From contig MU058463.1 of the NCBI GenBank assembly GCA_013265495.1, forward strand, positions 124,001 through 188,000: 64,000 bases of DNA. Reading direction: 5' to 3'. This document shows, piece by piece, positions 1 to 11,045 of this stretch. A program made the position numbers and the translations under genes. The notes below the pieces were generated by a model. That model worked only from the letters and a program-made list of their open reading frames with translations. It ran no database searches and was not told the DNA's origin. Positions within the stretch are counted from its first letter, which is position 1. Every line of letters begins with the position of its first letter. The stretch comes from Vicugna vicugna (lineage: Eukaryota).

Positions 1-1589
1 TTAGCAGGTGTAAGATTATGATAAATTATAAGCTTATTTTTAGTAAATATAAGATCATGATATGATGTGATCATCTGCTGCTAAATTGAGTTAAAATAAA
101 ATTATAATTTGTCTTGTCAAGGTAATTTGTGATTTGAATAATTTTTCCTTAGCAAATTTCTAGTTCTTAATAATTACATATTATAATAAAAGTTAAAGAA
201 AACAATTATGAATATTAAAATATATTCTATGATGTATATCAGTATATTCTCAATGAATTTTTTTGTACTTTCCCAAGTACAAAGTTTGATTTTATGGATA
301 TATATATTTAAATATAGATATTAATGTGAATATAATTATAATTCATATACATATTTATTTATCAAAATTGGTAGAAACAGTTTTCTCATTTTGCTTCCAT
401 CTTTTACTTAGTTATCTGTCAAATATCCTTAGAGACTTAAGTAAGATAATAATATTCAGATATTTTTGCATTCCAGTATAGGGGGTGAAAGAAATATCTG
501 AACAATGATTTAACAGCATAAGTACTATTTTAACAGGCTTCTAAGCTCAAGTTTTAGCAGATAAACTAAGATACAAATGATACTACCTTCCAGATGTAGG
601 CTTAGGCAATATGTAGAGTTTATCATACTCCAGTTAATAAATTCTGTATCAAAAAAGTTTCAGTTTTTGGAAATTAGAGTAAAAAGGTGATTTTAAAGGG
701 AAGACCCAGAGATTGCTGCAGGGTTTCTGCAAGTCACACTGGGCCCCAGGGAATTTTGCTGGCATTTGTCTCATGTCCCAAGCTGTAGACAGGGCTTCAC
801 TGAACCAAGGAGAAAGGCAAAGCAGTCTACAATAGGAGGTAAAAAAAAAAAAAAAGTTTCATCTGGGAAATTAATTAAAGAGGTTCTAATACCAAAGATG
901 AACATGGAACCAGGGTAGAAATGTCAACTTGACATTGTTTTTAAAAGGAATTTTATCCAAAAGGATGCCCTACTAGGATAATTAAACCTCTACACTGTAA
1001 AGCAGGCTGTGGGGTATATTCCCTGAGAACAGAAGCCAGGGCCCCATGAGAGAAATAATGTGTTTTAAGTATCTCTTAGGTTCAAGAAATGGACCTCTAT
1101 TATATTATGATTAATATTTTTACATTAGTCAATGAAACTTTTCTAGCCCCATTAATGTCCTCCCTCTCCCAGCATTAGTTGTAAAAGATCATAAACAGCT
1201 TCTAGGAAGTGAGTTAAGTGTAAAGAGCAAAAATGTCTATTTCATTCCTTTTCCAGTTAGCATGTGGCCTATCTATAGCCAACTGAGCTTTATGAAAAAA
1301 CTGAAACCATACCTCTTATAAAAATATGACTATTGTTATATGCCTATATTATTATAGGCATATACAAAGTATAACGGGGGAAAGAAGGAGGGAGCTACTG
1401 TTTTATTTTCAATTAAACAAGTTAGAAAGGAGAATGCTTCATGGAATTTTTCTTGGAATTCTCATCAACAGCAAGAACCAGGTAAGAAATAAGAAGGTGC
1501 ATCTAAGAGCCAAGGAGAGTTATTCACAGGGGTTGGTATATAATCAAGAAATTCCAACATTCACAGGACTGAATTTCAGAACTTTTAGA

Positions 1590-2340
1590 ATCAAGGGCTT
1601 CTTTTTGTACTTTGCTTGCCCCACTCTAAATTAGTCATTTCTCCAAGGAATTTGGGATTATTTTAATGGAGACTGGACTGTAGAAAAGAAGATTTTGGTA
1701 CTAGGTATGCTCATTGCTATTGGTATATCACTGCTCATAGGAACACCGCAGTAGACAGAGCCAGGGAAACAGACATATGCACACAACACACACGTATACG
1801 TATATATTCACATTTATTTCTGTATCCATCTTGATATCTTGAAATCTCTGAGTTTACAGTGGTATCTCTAAATCTGATAACATAGGGTTCATTTTAGTTT
1901 TCTCCATTTCTACCCATTCCCTTCTAGCATGCCTTTCTCATAGTTTTTGGGCTTTACAACCCAATAGTGGACTGTCCCCCCTACTTTGATGTTCTCATTA
2001 CCTACATTTAGCAGTGACGCCCTCCCCTGAGTTATTAGCCCTTCATGGATATCCTCCTCCTTCCTCTTAGGTATTACAGCCTGAACCAGGCTGCAGCCTC
2101 CTCAAGTGGATACCCTTCTCACCTGTTCTAAATCCAATACTCTGGGCTGGGCAGCTGCTGCCACCTCTGCCATCGTGACCCTGCTCAGGATTGATTTCTT
2201 GGCTAATCCCTCTCTGCTACCAGTAGCCTTTGCTGGGCTGTCTTTTTCATTTGAACATCATCCTCATTTGAACACCATCCTCACTCTACTTACTTAGCCT
2301 CTGACTCCAGATTGTAGAGCACCTTGACTTCTTGTCAACA
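1590..2340 (-). mobile_element. Ancient L1MC/ME-type 3' region with C-rich degenerate array
   Basis: Similar to 62450-63165 (TCATTTCTCCAAGGAA...TACTAGGTATGCTCATTG...CAGTAGACAGAG vs GTCATTTCCCTAAAGAA...TCCTAGGTGTGTTTATGG...GCACAGAGACAG). The family name is from recall. Confidence 0.55.
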
Positions 2341-4324
2341 CACCACATACACATAAGTACCTGCTGTGCTCAGTCTTACATACTGGTTTGTGATTGGCAT
2401 GTTCAGGAAAGTAAAGAGAAGTGGAGGAAGAGTAACTATATTTTGATATGTTGTGTCACATGCTAGAATAACAAAATCCCAGGATGAGCCAAATTTCAAA
2501 TCTCGCAAAAAACAAACTCTTGGACACAGCACAAACCCTGTGACATACTGTCTATGACTACTGAATATTTTGAAGAATGGTGTCCTTAAAAAGGCTCTGT
2601 TTTAAACTCATTATCTATTAATACTATTGAATTAAATGTTTATTGTTATCTTGAACAAGTTTCCATGTCATAAGATTAAAGTCAGACCATTGTTTGATAT
2701 AGGAGATTTAAATTAAGCTGGAGTGAGTGTTGCAGTCAATCATAAGTTATATGTTGAAGTTACATTTTAATTAATTTACATAAGTTTAATGCCCAAATTA
2801 GTATGAGACATAATCATTTATAAACATAATCTATTATAAAGTAATAAAACTAAGAATATAGTAAAAATCAGTATTACATAGACACTGTGAGTACATATTG
2901 AGTCAAAAATCTTTCATGACCATGTCACAATAATAATGAATTTATTTCTGGACCTTATATTCTCTTCTACTGATGTATATGCCTATTTCAGAACTAGTCT
3001 ATATGGTGTTAAATTGGATAGACTTGTAAAATATCTGGTTATGCAAAAATTCCACTACAGTAAGCTAAGAATTTTTAAATGGATAAAGATAACGTGTAGA
3101 CTTACTAATCATGGCAGGATAACAATAATGTTGATTAATGATTAAAATAATTTGAGAAATAAAAATTGAAAACAAAATGTTTAGGTTAAATCATACCATA
3201 TCCAACCACACCTGGAATAAACAGTGTTATGCTAGGCTTATATATACTATAAGATAAGAAGGCTCAGAAGGCAGAGTTGAAATTTTAAAATAACAACAGT
3301 ACATAATAGAAGGATACAACACTCAGCACAGACATCATTGAAAAAAGCAATTAAGATTCGAGAATTGAAGTATATATAAGAAATGGTCTTGTCCACCTAG
3401 ATGATGAATATAAAAATCACAAAGAAAGATTCACATGAAATTTTAGTCTCTGGTCCTAAACTGGGGTTCATTAAAAGCCTCAGCTGATTTTAGTAAGAAA
3501 ACCCTCACCTCTTTCTGTTTTATGGTAAAATCATACCTGGGGTTAGGAAAACTAAGAATTATGCACTTTAAGTTACGAATAAAATGAAACACAATATTGT
3601 ACATCCATTAATTAATATAAGTAACAAAATATGACAGAATTAAGTGTTAGAATTTGACTCCAGATGTTACATTACTGGTAGGATTTTAAGTGTGTTCTGT
3701 TTCTGAAGGTTCCAAATATTACATGACCTACAACCCAGAAAGTCAATTTGGCAGTATAGACCAAGGGGAAACTTGGTCATATGTATTCTAAGATAAATTT
3801 CCAAGAATGTTTAAAGCAGTATTTTTCATAACAAATTTCAGAAAAGAAAGTCTATTTCATTGGTGGGAAAATGGTCACATGAACATGACAGACTGTTACA
3901 TGGCTGTAAGTGATTGAATTAGGGTAAACACAATAAATTAGATGAATCCTAGGAATATGATAGTAACTGAAAACAAAACAAAACAAATTATTTCCCAAGA
4001 ATGTGCAGAGAGTGATACAAATCTTCTAAGTTAAAAAAATGTGGGTATGTATCTGTGTGTGTGTATATGTCCTTTTTAATAACATATGTAGATGCTTTAA
4101 AACTGTATAATAATGATGCAAAATTCAGGATAGTTTCCCAGATGAAATGCTGGGGATAATAGTGCTCACGGAGCAGACAGGTCAAATTTCCCATTAAGAT
4201 TACTGGTACTTATTAGCTAATAAAAAAAAAAAGATAAGATGTGAGAAAATAAATACAAGACCATGCCAGAATTTCAATGACAGTATCTATATCTATATCT
4301 ATATCAGAAACAAAAGATTATTAT

Positions 4325-4790
4325 TGTGGAAGGCAAATTCCTGTGTTCACACCCTGGGGCCAAACAAAGAAAGGTCAATGTTTGGAGCAGAGAAAGGCTT
4401 ATTAAAGGTCCAGGCATGAAGGGTGGGATGGCTCATGCCCCAGAAAACCCCAAACTCCCTGAAGAGTTTCAGTAAAGCATATTTAAAGGCCAGGCGAGGT
4501 GAGGGGAGGGTGCAGGGTACCTGATCAGCTGTGCACAATTCTTTGATTGACGCTGAGGTAACAGGGTGGTCAACACTATCAACCACCAGGCGCCGGAAGG
4601 TCTGGGGGCCATGGGCTCTAAATCATCAAATAGTTAATTTCTTCCCTTTAGTGGTGGTTTTTAGCGTCTGAAAAACTCAGGAAATACATAAGAGATACTA
4701 TTATCTGGGTACTTCAGAGAGGAGCTGCAACAGAGGGTATCAGGGAGGGGTCTGACTCTGGAAGGCCCCACAGAGTCCTGCTCAGTTACA
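4325..4790 (-). repeat. 3' LTR of the provirus
   Basis: TG...CA termini, adjacent PPT, TTTAAATA TATA-like box and AATAAG poly(A)-like signal on the minus strand, and homology to 7795-8240. Confidence 0.9.
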
Positions 4791-7772
4791 ATTCCCCCCT
4801 TTTCTTTGATACTCCACAATTTGAGGAGAACAGGAAAAGCTTAATCATGTTGCTGTGGCATGTAACATTTTAAGGTAACTAGACTAGAACTAGAATTACA
4901 TCTACAACAACTAGAATTATGACTGATAGCATTATACCAGAACACATCTAAATTTCAGAAACCTTAAATTTCCAGAATGTCTATATTAACAACGTGTGTT
5001 CACACTGTATAGTCTGAGGATGCTTATTACTTATTTGACGATGTGTAATTTAACACACCAAACGATCCTAGTTAGTTTAATATTTTCCTCTGAGATGTCT
5101 CAGGGTCCTCTGAAGCATCGCAAAGTTAGCTGAAGTCAAAAGAACTTTGACTAGGATTTGATAGGATGTTTGTCAACAACATTAAAAAGTTTACACAATC
5201 TGTTATCAGAAGCAAGTAAACTTGAAGTCTTAAACATAGAGGAAGCAAATCTAGTCCTGCACCAGTCTTCTTTTAATAACAAAATCCATTTACTCACTTA
5301 AATTTAATTTAACCTCAGCTCGACCTAGCACAAAACTCCTTTTTTTAGGGCTCCCTTTCTACAAACTTTCTGTATCCATATTAATTTGTCCCTTATTTTC
5401 TCATCTAGAAACAATCATCTTTTGGACAAAAACTTTTTTTTTTTAAACTCAAAACATATAACCTACTTTCCTACTGTATACTGAAATGTTTTCCTTATTT
5501 TTAGTAGCTTTAATGACATATAGATTAGAATCCTTAAATCTTAAAAACTAATTTCTAGTGAAAACAAAGAAGTAAGAAAATGTGAACTTTTACATTAGCA
5601 TTCTGTAGATTGGCAAACACAAATACCAATAATAATTTCTAAAAACATGTGCTTTTTATAGAAAATATCTCAGTATGGCACCAAACATATTTAATAATAG
5701 TCCTGATACCTTTAGTTTCTCTGTAAAGGGAAACCAATGTGCAGTAAATAATGTTCCAGTATCTTATTTCATTTGGGAATGATCTAGCTATTCAACAAAT
5801 ATCCATCATTTAACTTAAGTTAGCACAGCTCTAAAATTTCAAGTTACCAAGTATCTGGAGAGATTATTTTTAAATAGACATTCCTAAAACAGAATGATTT
5901 CTGAGTTCACCCAAAACCTCTTGTGTTATTTGCATTTAGTTTACTTATAAAAATTTTGTCATACCAAATTGAATTTTTCTTTCTTTCTGACAAACTCTGC
6001 AACAGGAACAATATTAACCTATTGACCTTCAGTAAACCTAGGTATAATAAAAGATATGTCTGTGTTGATTATACCAACAAGTTTATGCCAACTTTAATAT
6101 CAGATATTAATTTAATATTGAATATATCCTAGGTCACATGAGGCTAAAATTGTTGTCTAGTTTCTTGTATACTTAGAAGTATTTAATTTGTAACTGCTTA
6201 CTTTTAAGTCAATTAAATAGAGCTCTTTTACATGTTAATTTCTACCTAAACGCAGACAGAACCAGAGATCTCAGTTTTTTCTGCCTGAATTAAAACAACA
6301 ACTTTTTCCTTAAGAGCCCAGGTAGATCATTTACATCTCAAAGGCACAGAAAGGGAAATACACATCCTTCCTCTAACAGTTTATACAAAACTTAATCAGC
6401 TTGGCTATTTTCAGGGATTTTTTTTTTTCCCCCAGTTCCCAAATATCCACTTCAATTCAAAGAAATAACAGTAATAGACAATAATAGATATCATCCACTC
6501 ACAGTCAGATGCCTCACTTTCAGCAAAACCAGGACGAAAGAATAGGATTTGGATCCAGGTACCAAGACACTCACACACACACTCATCCCCAAGATAAAAG
6601 TCAAATTATGAAAGACCCACTTTGACATAACAGTAGAGCCATTAGGGCCATAGTTCTGATCTCAAGGATCACACAGTGTTACACAGTGATCACACAGTGA
6701 GGTCACAGTCAGTGTTATAGTAAAAATTTCATTTTCTTTCATTTTTGGCAGCATAGCTGAAGAGCTCCCAGTTTTGCAAAATATACTCTAGGAGGACTAT
6801 AGATAAGACGGAATAGAGCTCTGATCATCCATATTTATTTATTCAAGGCCGATGTTACCAAATATCGAGCAAATGGCAATTCAGAACAGTCTCTCAGGGT
6901 CAGAGTTCCCTAACCCAAAAAGGGAGATTCCTAACCAATGCCTCGTCAGTCCAAAAGGGGAGAACTCCAACCAAAACCCCATTGGAGATGAAGCTGAATG
7001 AAAGACCAAGGCTAGAAAGGGAATATCACAACCAAAGCTCCACCACAGGTGAGGCCAATGCAATAGGAAGGCTACCTTGGTGTTGTCACACAGAAGCTCC
7101 ATTACTCAAAAGGGCCTCAATCCACCAATGCAAGTTCTGGCATACACATACAAACAAGCATGGTCCCACAAGCAAAACATCAGACAAGGTGTGGTCCCAA
7201 AATTCCACTTTCACTCCCAAATGGAAGCCTCCAAACAGACTGGCTCAGCTCTCAAAAGAAAACGGACCTAGCATATCTCACAACAAGCCCCAAATGGCTC
7301 ACTCCCTGCAAGGGAATGAGCCCAGATGGAGTGGGTAGAATTCCCCCATCCTGCACAAGCCAGAGTGGTTCAACCCACAACCATATACACAAAAACAAAA
7401 ACAATAAATATGCTATGGTCACACAGACAGTCAGAGGAGGTGTCCACTTCCACTCCCAGACTGAAGCCTCCAAAAAGATGGGCCCAGCCCCCAAAAGGGA
7501 ACAGACCCAGAGTGGCTCCCTTCTCAGTGGGAATGATCCCAGATGGAGTGGAGAGAATTGCCAGCCTGCGCAAAAAGGAGCGACTTACCCTCAGGTGACA
7601 CTGAATGCAGATAGCAGCTCCGAAGTATCTCAGCTCCAAACAGCCTCATGCTGTGGGGCAGACTGCTGGGGAGAGTCCTTCCCAGTTCCCTGGAGTGAAG
7701 TGAGTTCCAGCAGCTGCTGGACCCAGGAAAGGGGCTGCCCCTGACTGGGGTTGACCTGCCATGTGCACAGGT

Positions 7773-7790
7773 TCTTGCGCTGTCTCGCCA
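7773..7790 (-). other. Degenerate primer-binding site, tentatively tRNA-Arg type
   Basis: TGGCGAGACAGCGCAAGA starts a few nt after the LTR end. It partially matches TGGCGAGCCAGCCAGGAG, the complement of the tRNA-Arg 3' end as I recall it. Confidence 0.5.
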
Positions 7791-7794
7791 AAAT

Positions 7795-8240
7795 TGTTAC
7801 TGCTCCCGCCGTAGCCTAAGCCCAAACTTAAATGTCAATGTTTGGAGCAGAGAAAGGCTTATTGCAGGGCTGAACAAGGAGGATAGGGTGGCTCATGCCC
7901 TAGAAAATCCCAAACTCCCTGAAGAGTTTCAGTAAAGCATATTTAAAGGCCAGGAGGGTGCAGGGTACCTGATCAGCTGTGCACAATCCTTTGACTGATG
8001 CTAAGGTAACAGGGTGGTCAACACTATCAACTCCCAGGCGCCAGAAGGGCTGGGGGCCACAGGCTCTCTATCATCAAATAGTTAATTTCTTCCCTTTAGT
8101 GGTGGTTTTTAGCATCTGAAAAACTCAGGAGATATATAAGAGATACTATTACCTGGGTGCTTCAGAGAGGAGCTGCAGCAGAGGATATCAGAGAGGGGCC
8201 TGACCCTGGAACAACCCCCACAGGGTCCTGATCAGTTACA
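7795..8240 (-). repeat. 5' LTR of the provirus
   Basis: TG...CA termini, adjacent PBS-like sequence, and homology to 4325-4790. Confidence 0.9.
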
Positions 8241-9016
8241 TTGTAATAATTCTAATTCTTTGTAACTATTTTAAAAAATATGCCTTTTTGTATTAGAATA
8301 TTTGTAACTAATGAAGTTTCAGAGTACTGATCAGTTTTTTAATAGTAGCTTTGTTTTTAAGTGTTTAAAAATTAAAAGTGTTTAATGAAATCTGAAGTAT
8401 TTTAATTGTGAAGGATGTCTGAGTCATCAATCAATTTTAAATTTTGGAGGAAATGTAATTTCTGAAACTAAAGCACATGCTTTAATAATTATTTAAGCAG
8501 AACGGGTATCAGCATCTAGTGGAGTTAGCAGGGCACCCAGGGAGGGATGAGTGACAGTGACCGGGGTGTGAAGTGTGAGGGAGGAGGTAAGTGAATCGGT
8601 GCAGCGGTGTAAACTGGGGTGGGACTATTGCTGACTTGGTGACCCCACATACAAGGTCACCAGTGGGGTGTTAGTGTCCAGTTTGAGGAAGGCGGCTTCC
8701 ATGCATTCTTCTAAGCTGGGGCTGATAAGGAGAGAATTTTCATGGTGGAAGAAGTGACTTGTTGTGAGGTGTCAGAGTTCAAGTAGGGTGAGGTGTTTAG
8801 ATAGTGGTGGTGGAGAGGCAGAATCCCAGCGAGAATTGTCAGAACCCAAACACATCGAGCAGGGTGTCCACATGCAGTGCTAGCGCTTGCTTACATACTG
8901 TGAAACAGATCAAACAAGTAAACACATTGAGAAGAACAGGAGACTGGTTACTCCTTGTCTGAAAAGGGAGATAGTTACAAACATGGAATTCGAGAAATCA
9001 GTGGTTTTGATGGGTG

Positions 9017-9027
9017 ATATAGATAGA

Positions 9028-9065
<38 letters not shown>

Positions 9066-9090
9066 CAGACACACACACAAACAGATAGAT
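9017..9090. repeat. (GATA)n(GACA)n(CA)n microsatellite, continuing at 9712-9810 as GATA/GAGATA/(TG)n
   Basis: Directly visible. Confidence 0.95.
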
Positions 9091-9092
9091 AA

Positions 9093-9711
9093 TGTTAGGC
9101 AGTTAGATAGAAATGAGCACCAGGCAAGGGGAGAGGAAGAGGGAGGGAGCAACCCAGAAAATAACAGTACTCCTGCACTCACAGTAAGGGGCTCCAAAAA
9201 CTTTTACTTTCTCTAACTGAGGGCCAACAAAGAAGCTGGCTAGAATCAAACGCTGTGGCTGCACAGCAGAGAGAAGGACTGGCTTAACTTGACCCAGTGC
9301 TCATTGTAATGTAATTAACATTGCAGTTTGAGCTCCCCCCATAGGTTTCTCTCTGTGCATCGTGGGTTAAGAACATGCATAAAAGAGATGGAAGTGCCTA
9401 AGCACAGGGAACGTGCTGTCAATCAGTCTGAGTACTCAAAGAATGTGAGCCATCAATCAATCAATCACAAAAATGCCTCCTAAGCCAGGATATAAAAACA
9501 GGAAAAACAAAGGACTCCCCCATTTTTCCTATCAGGTTGGCCTACCCCCAGTTGGCCCCACCTCTCGGGGGTCTACTGTATTTTTACTAACTTTATACTT
9601 TACTAATAAAATCTGTTTATATCACACTTTCTGTTTCTCATTAAAAATTCTCTTTTTTTTTTTAGGTGACAAAGAACTGAGGTATCTTTTTTACCCCTCC
9701 TCCTGGTAACA
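9093..9711 (+). mobile_element. Solo LTR inserted into a GATA/GACA microsatellite
   Basis: Starts TGTTAGGCAG and ends GGTAACA. TATAAAA at ~9491 and AATAAA at ~9605. Flanks GATAA/GATAG are a near-TSD, and the simple repeat continues on both sides. Confidence 0.8.
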
Positions 9712-9774
9712 GATAGACAGGTAGATAGGTAGAAAGAGAGAGAGAGATACAGAGATACAGAGATAGGTAGAAAG

Positions 9775-9815
<41 letters not shown>

Positions 9816-10534
9816 CATGCCCATGTGTACATTAAGGTCTAAATCATTGTTTCCAAAAATAATTCTTCACAGTTGTCCAGAAACCAAGATTCCTTGAAGA
9901 AATGACAGGTTTCCATACTACGGGAAGGAAAACATAAGGTGAGACTAGAATATGTTTTGTACTAGAAAATAAGAACTCAAAGAATGATTGGGCATGACTA
10001 GAGTTATAAAAGCCAGCTTAAAGAATTTCCATGGGCAAATATGGGGCATTCTGAGCATTAAAACAAATAACGAGAATGGATTATAACTCACTAAATAAAA
10101 AAGGAATCCATGAGTCCATGGCCATATGAAATAATTAAATGAACTCTGCTTGAATAATACAGCTGCCTGTCTGAGCATCTGGACTACTAGAAATTATACA
10201 GGGTTAGTTAGCTGCTTCATCAAACCTGAAAACATAATGTTGAGTCAAAAAAAACAACAAAAAAAAATGAGTGCAGCACAGGAGGTCTCAGTTTTAGTAA
10301 TACTAAAATGGAGCCAGAATTGAGAGTTATCTACAGTTTTGTGAAGTTCTCCGGGCTATTTTTAGTTTACAGAACTATTAAATTTTGCTACACACCAAAT
10401 ATATCTTGAAAGAATTGTTACTATGTATCACTGTCATCTTTGAAAGTGACCAGCCTTCTGTGAAAAGTGTTACATTATTGTGGTTGACTGTTTCTGTGGT
10501 GACCGTGAAACATGCCTCCTGGTAGTAATGTAAT

Positions 10535-11045
10535 TGTGAAGAACAAATCTGACTCCATATTAGATCTGTTCCTTTAGCTCTAACCCTGTGCTCTGTTTCC
10601 TGAGCTTAGTCATGTTGGTTCTGCACCTTTTGTAAAAGAGCATTGCCTATAGCCTGAAGTATACACACAGCCAATTCTCAGGGCTCTGACCTTAAGAGTA
10701 TATAACACTTTTCCATTCATGGAGAAATAGTAAGTTGCAGAACAGAGAATAAAATTTGTCTTGTTGGAGATTTACAGGAACATCATGACCTGACCTATGT
10801 GGAAAGCTGTAAGAACAAAGATTCTGACACCAAGAAGTTTGCAACAACCAACCACACCCCTCCCCTTTTTAGTATTAAAAAAGCCTGAATTCTGACTTGG
10901 GGAAGATGGTTCTCCAGGACATTGTTTGCCCTCTTCTTGGTCTGCCAGCTTTTCAATTAAAGCCATTATTCCTTGCCCCAATACCTCATCTCCTGATTTA
11001 TTGGCCTGTTGTGCAGCGAGCAGAACGAGTTTGGACTCAGTAACA
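10535..11045 (+). mobile_element. Solo ERV1-type LTR (MER41/MER4-group-like)
   Basis: Starts TGTGAAGAACAAATCTGACTCCATATT and ends GGACTCAGTAACA. TATTAAAA box at ~10873 and ATTAAA at ~10956. No clear TSD. Confidence 0.8.

Larger units (their letters stand above)
4325..8240 (-). mobile_element. Non-autonomous ERV1-class provirus: two LTRs with a ~3 kb non-coding internal region
   Basis: Direct repeats at 4325-4790 and 7795-8240 with TG...CA ends. Polypurine tract AAAGAAAAGGGGGGAAT (4791-4807) precedes the 3' LTR on the minus strand. A PBS-like TGGCGAGACAGCGCAAGA follows the 5' LTR. Splice donor GGTAAGT lies at ~7583-7589. Possible 4 bp TSD TTAT/TTGT. No gag/pol/env ORF is seen. Confidence 0.9.

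Noticed and set aside
6672..6731. Three tandem CACAGTG heptamers resembling V(D)J recombination signals
   Set aside because: No ACAAAAACC-like nonamer at 12 or 23 bp spacing from any heptamer and no V/D/J segment nearby. It is a short tandem repeat inside the ERV.
6982..7744. 118 aa and 194 aa ORFs inside the provirus
   Set aside because: They are antisense to the provirus, overlap the leader duplication, and have no gag/pol/env motifs.
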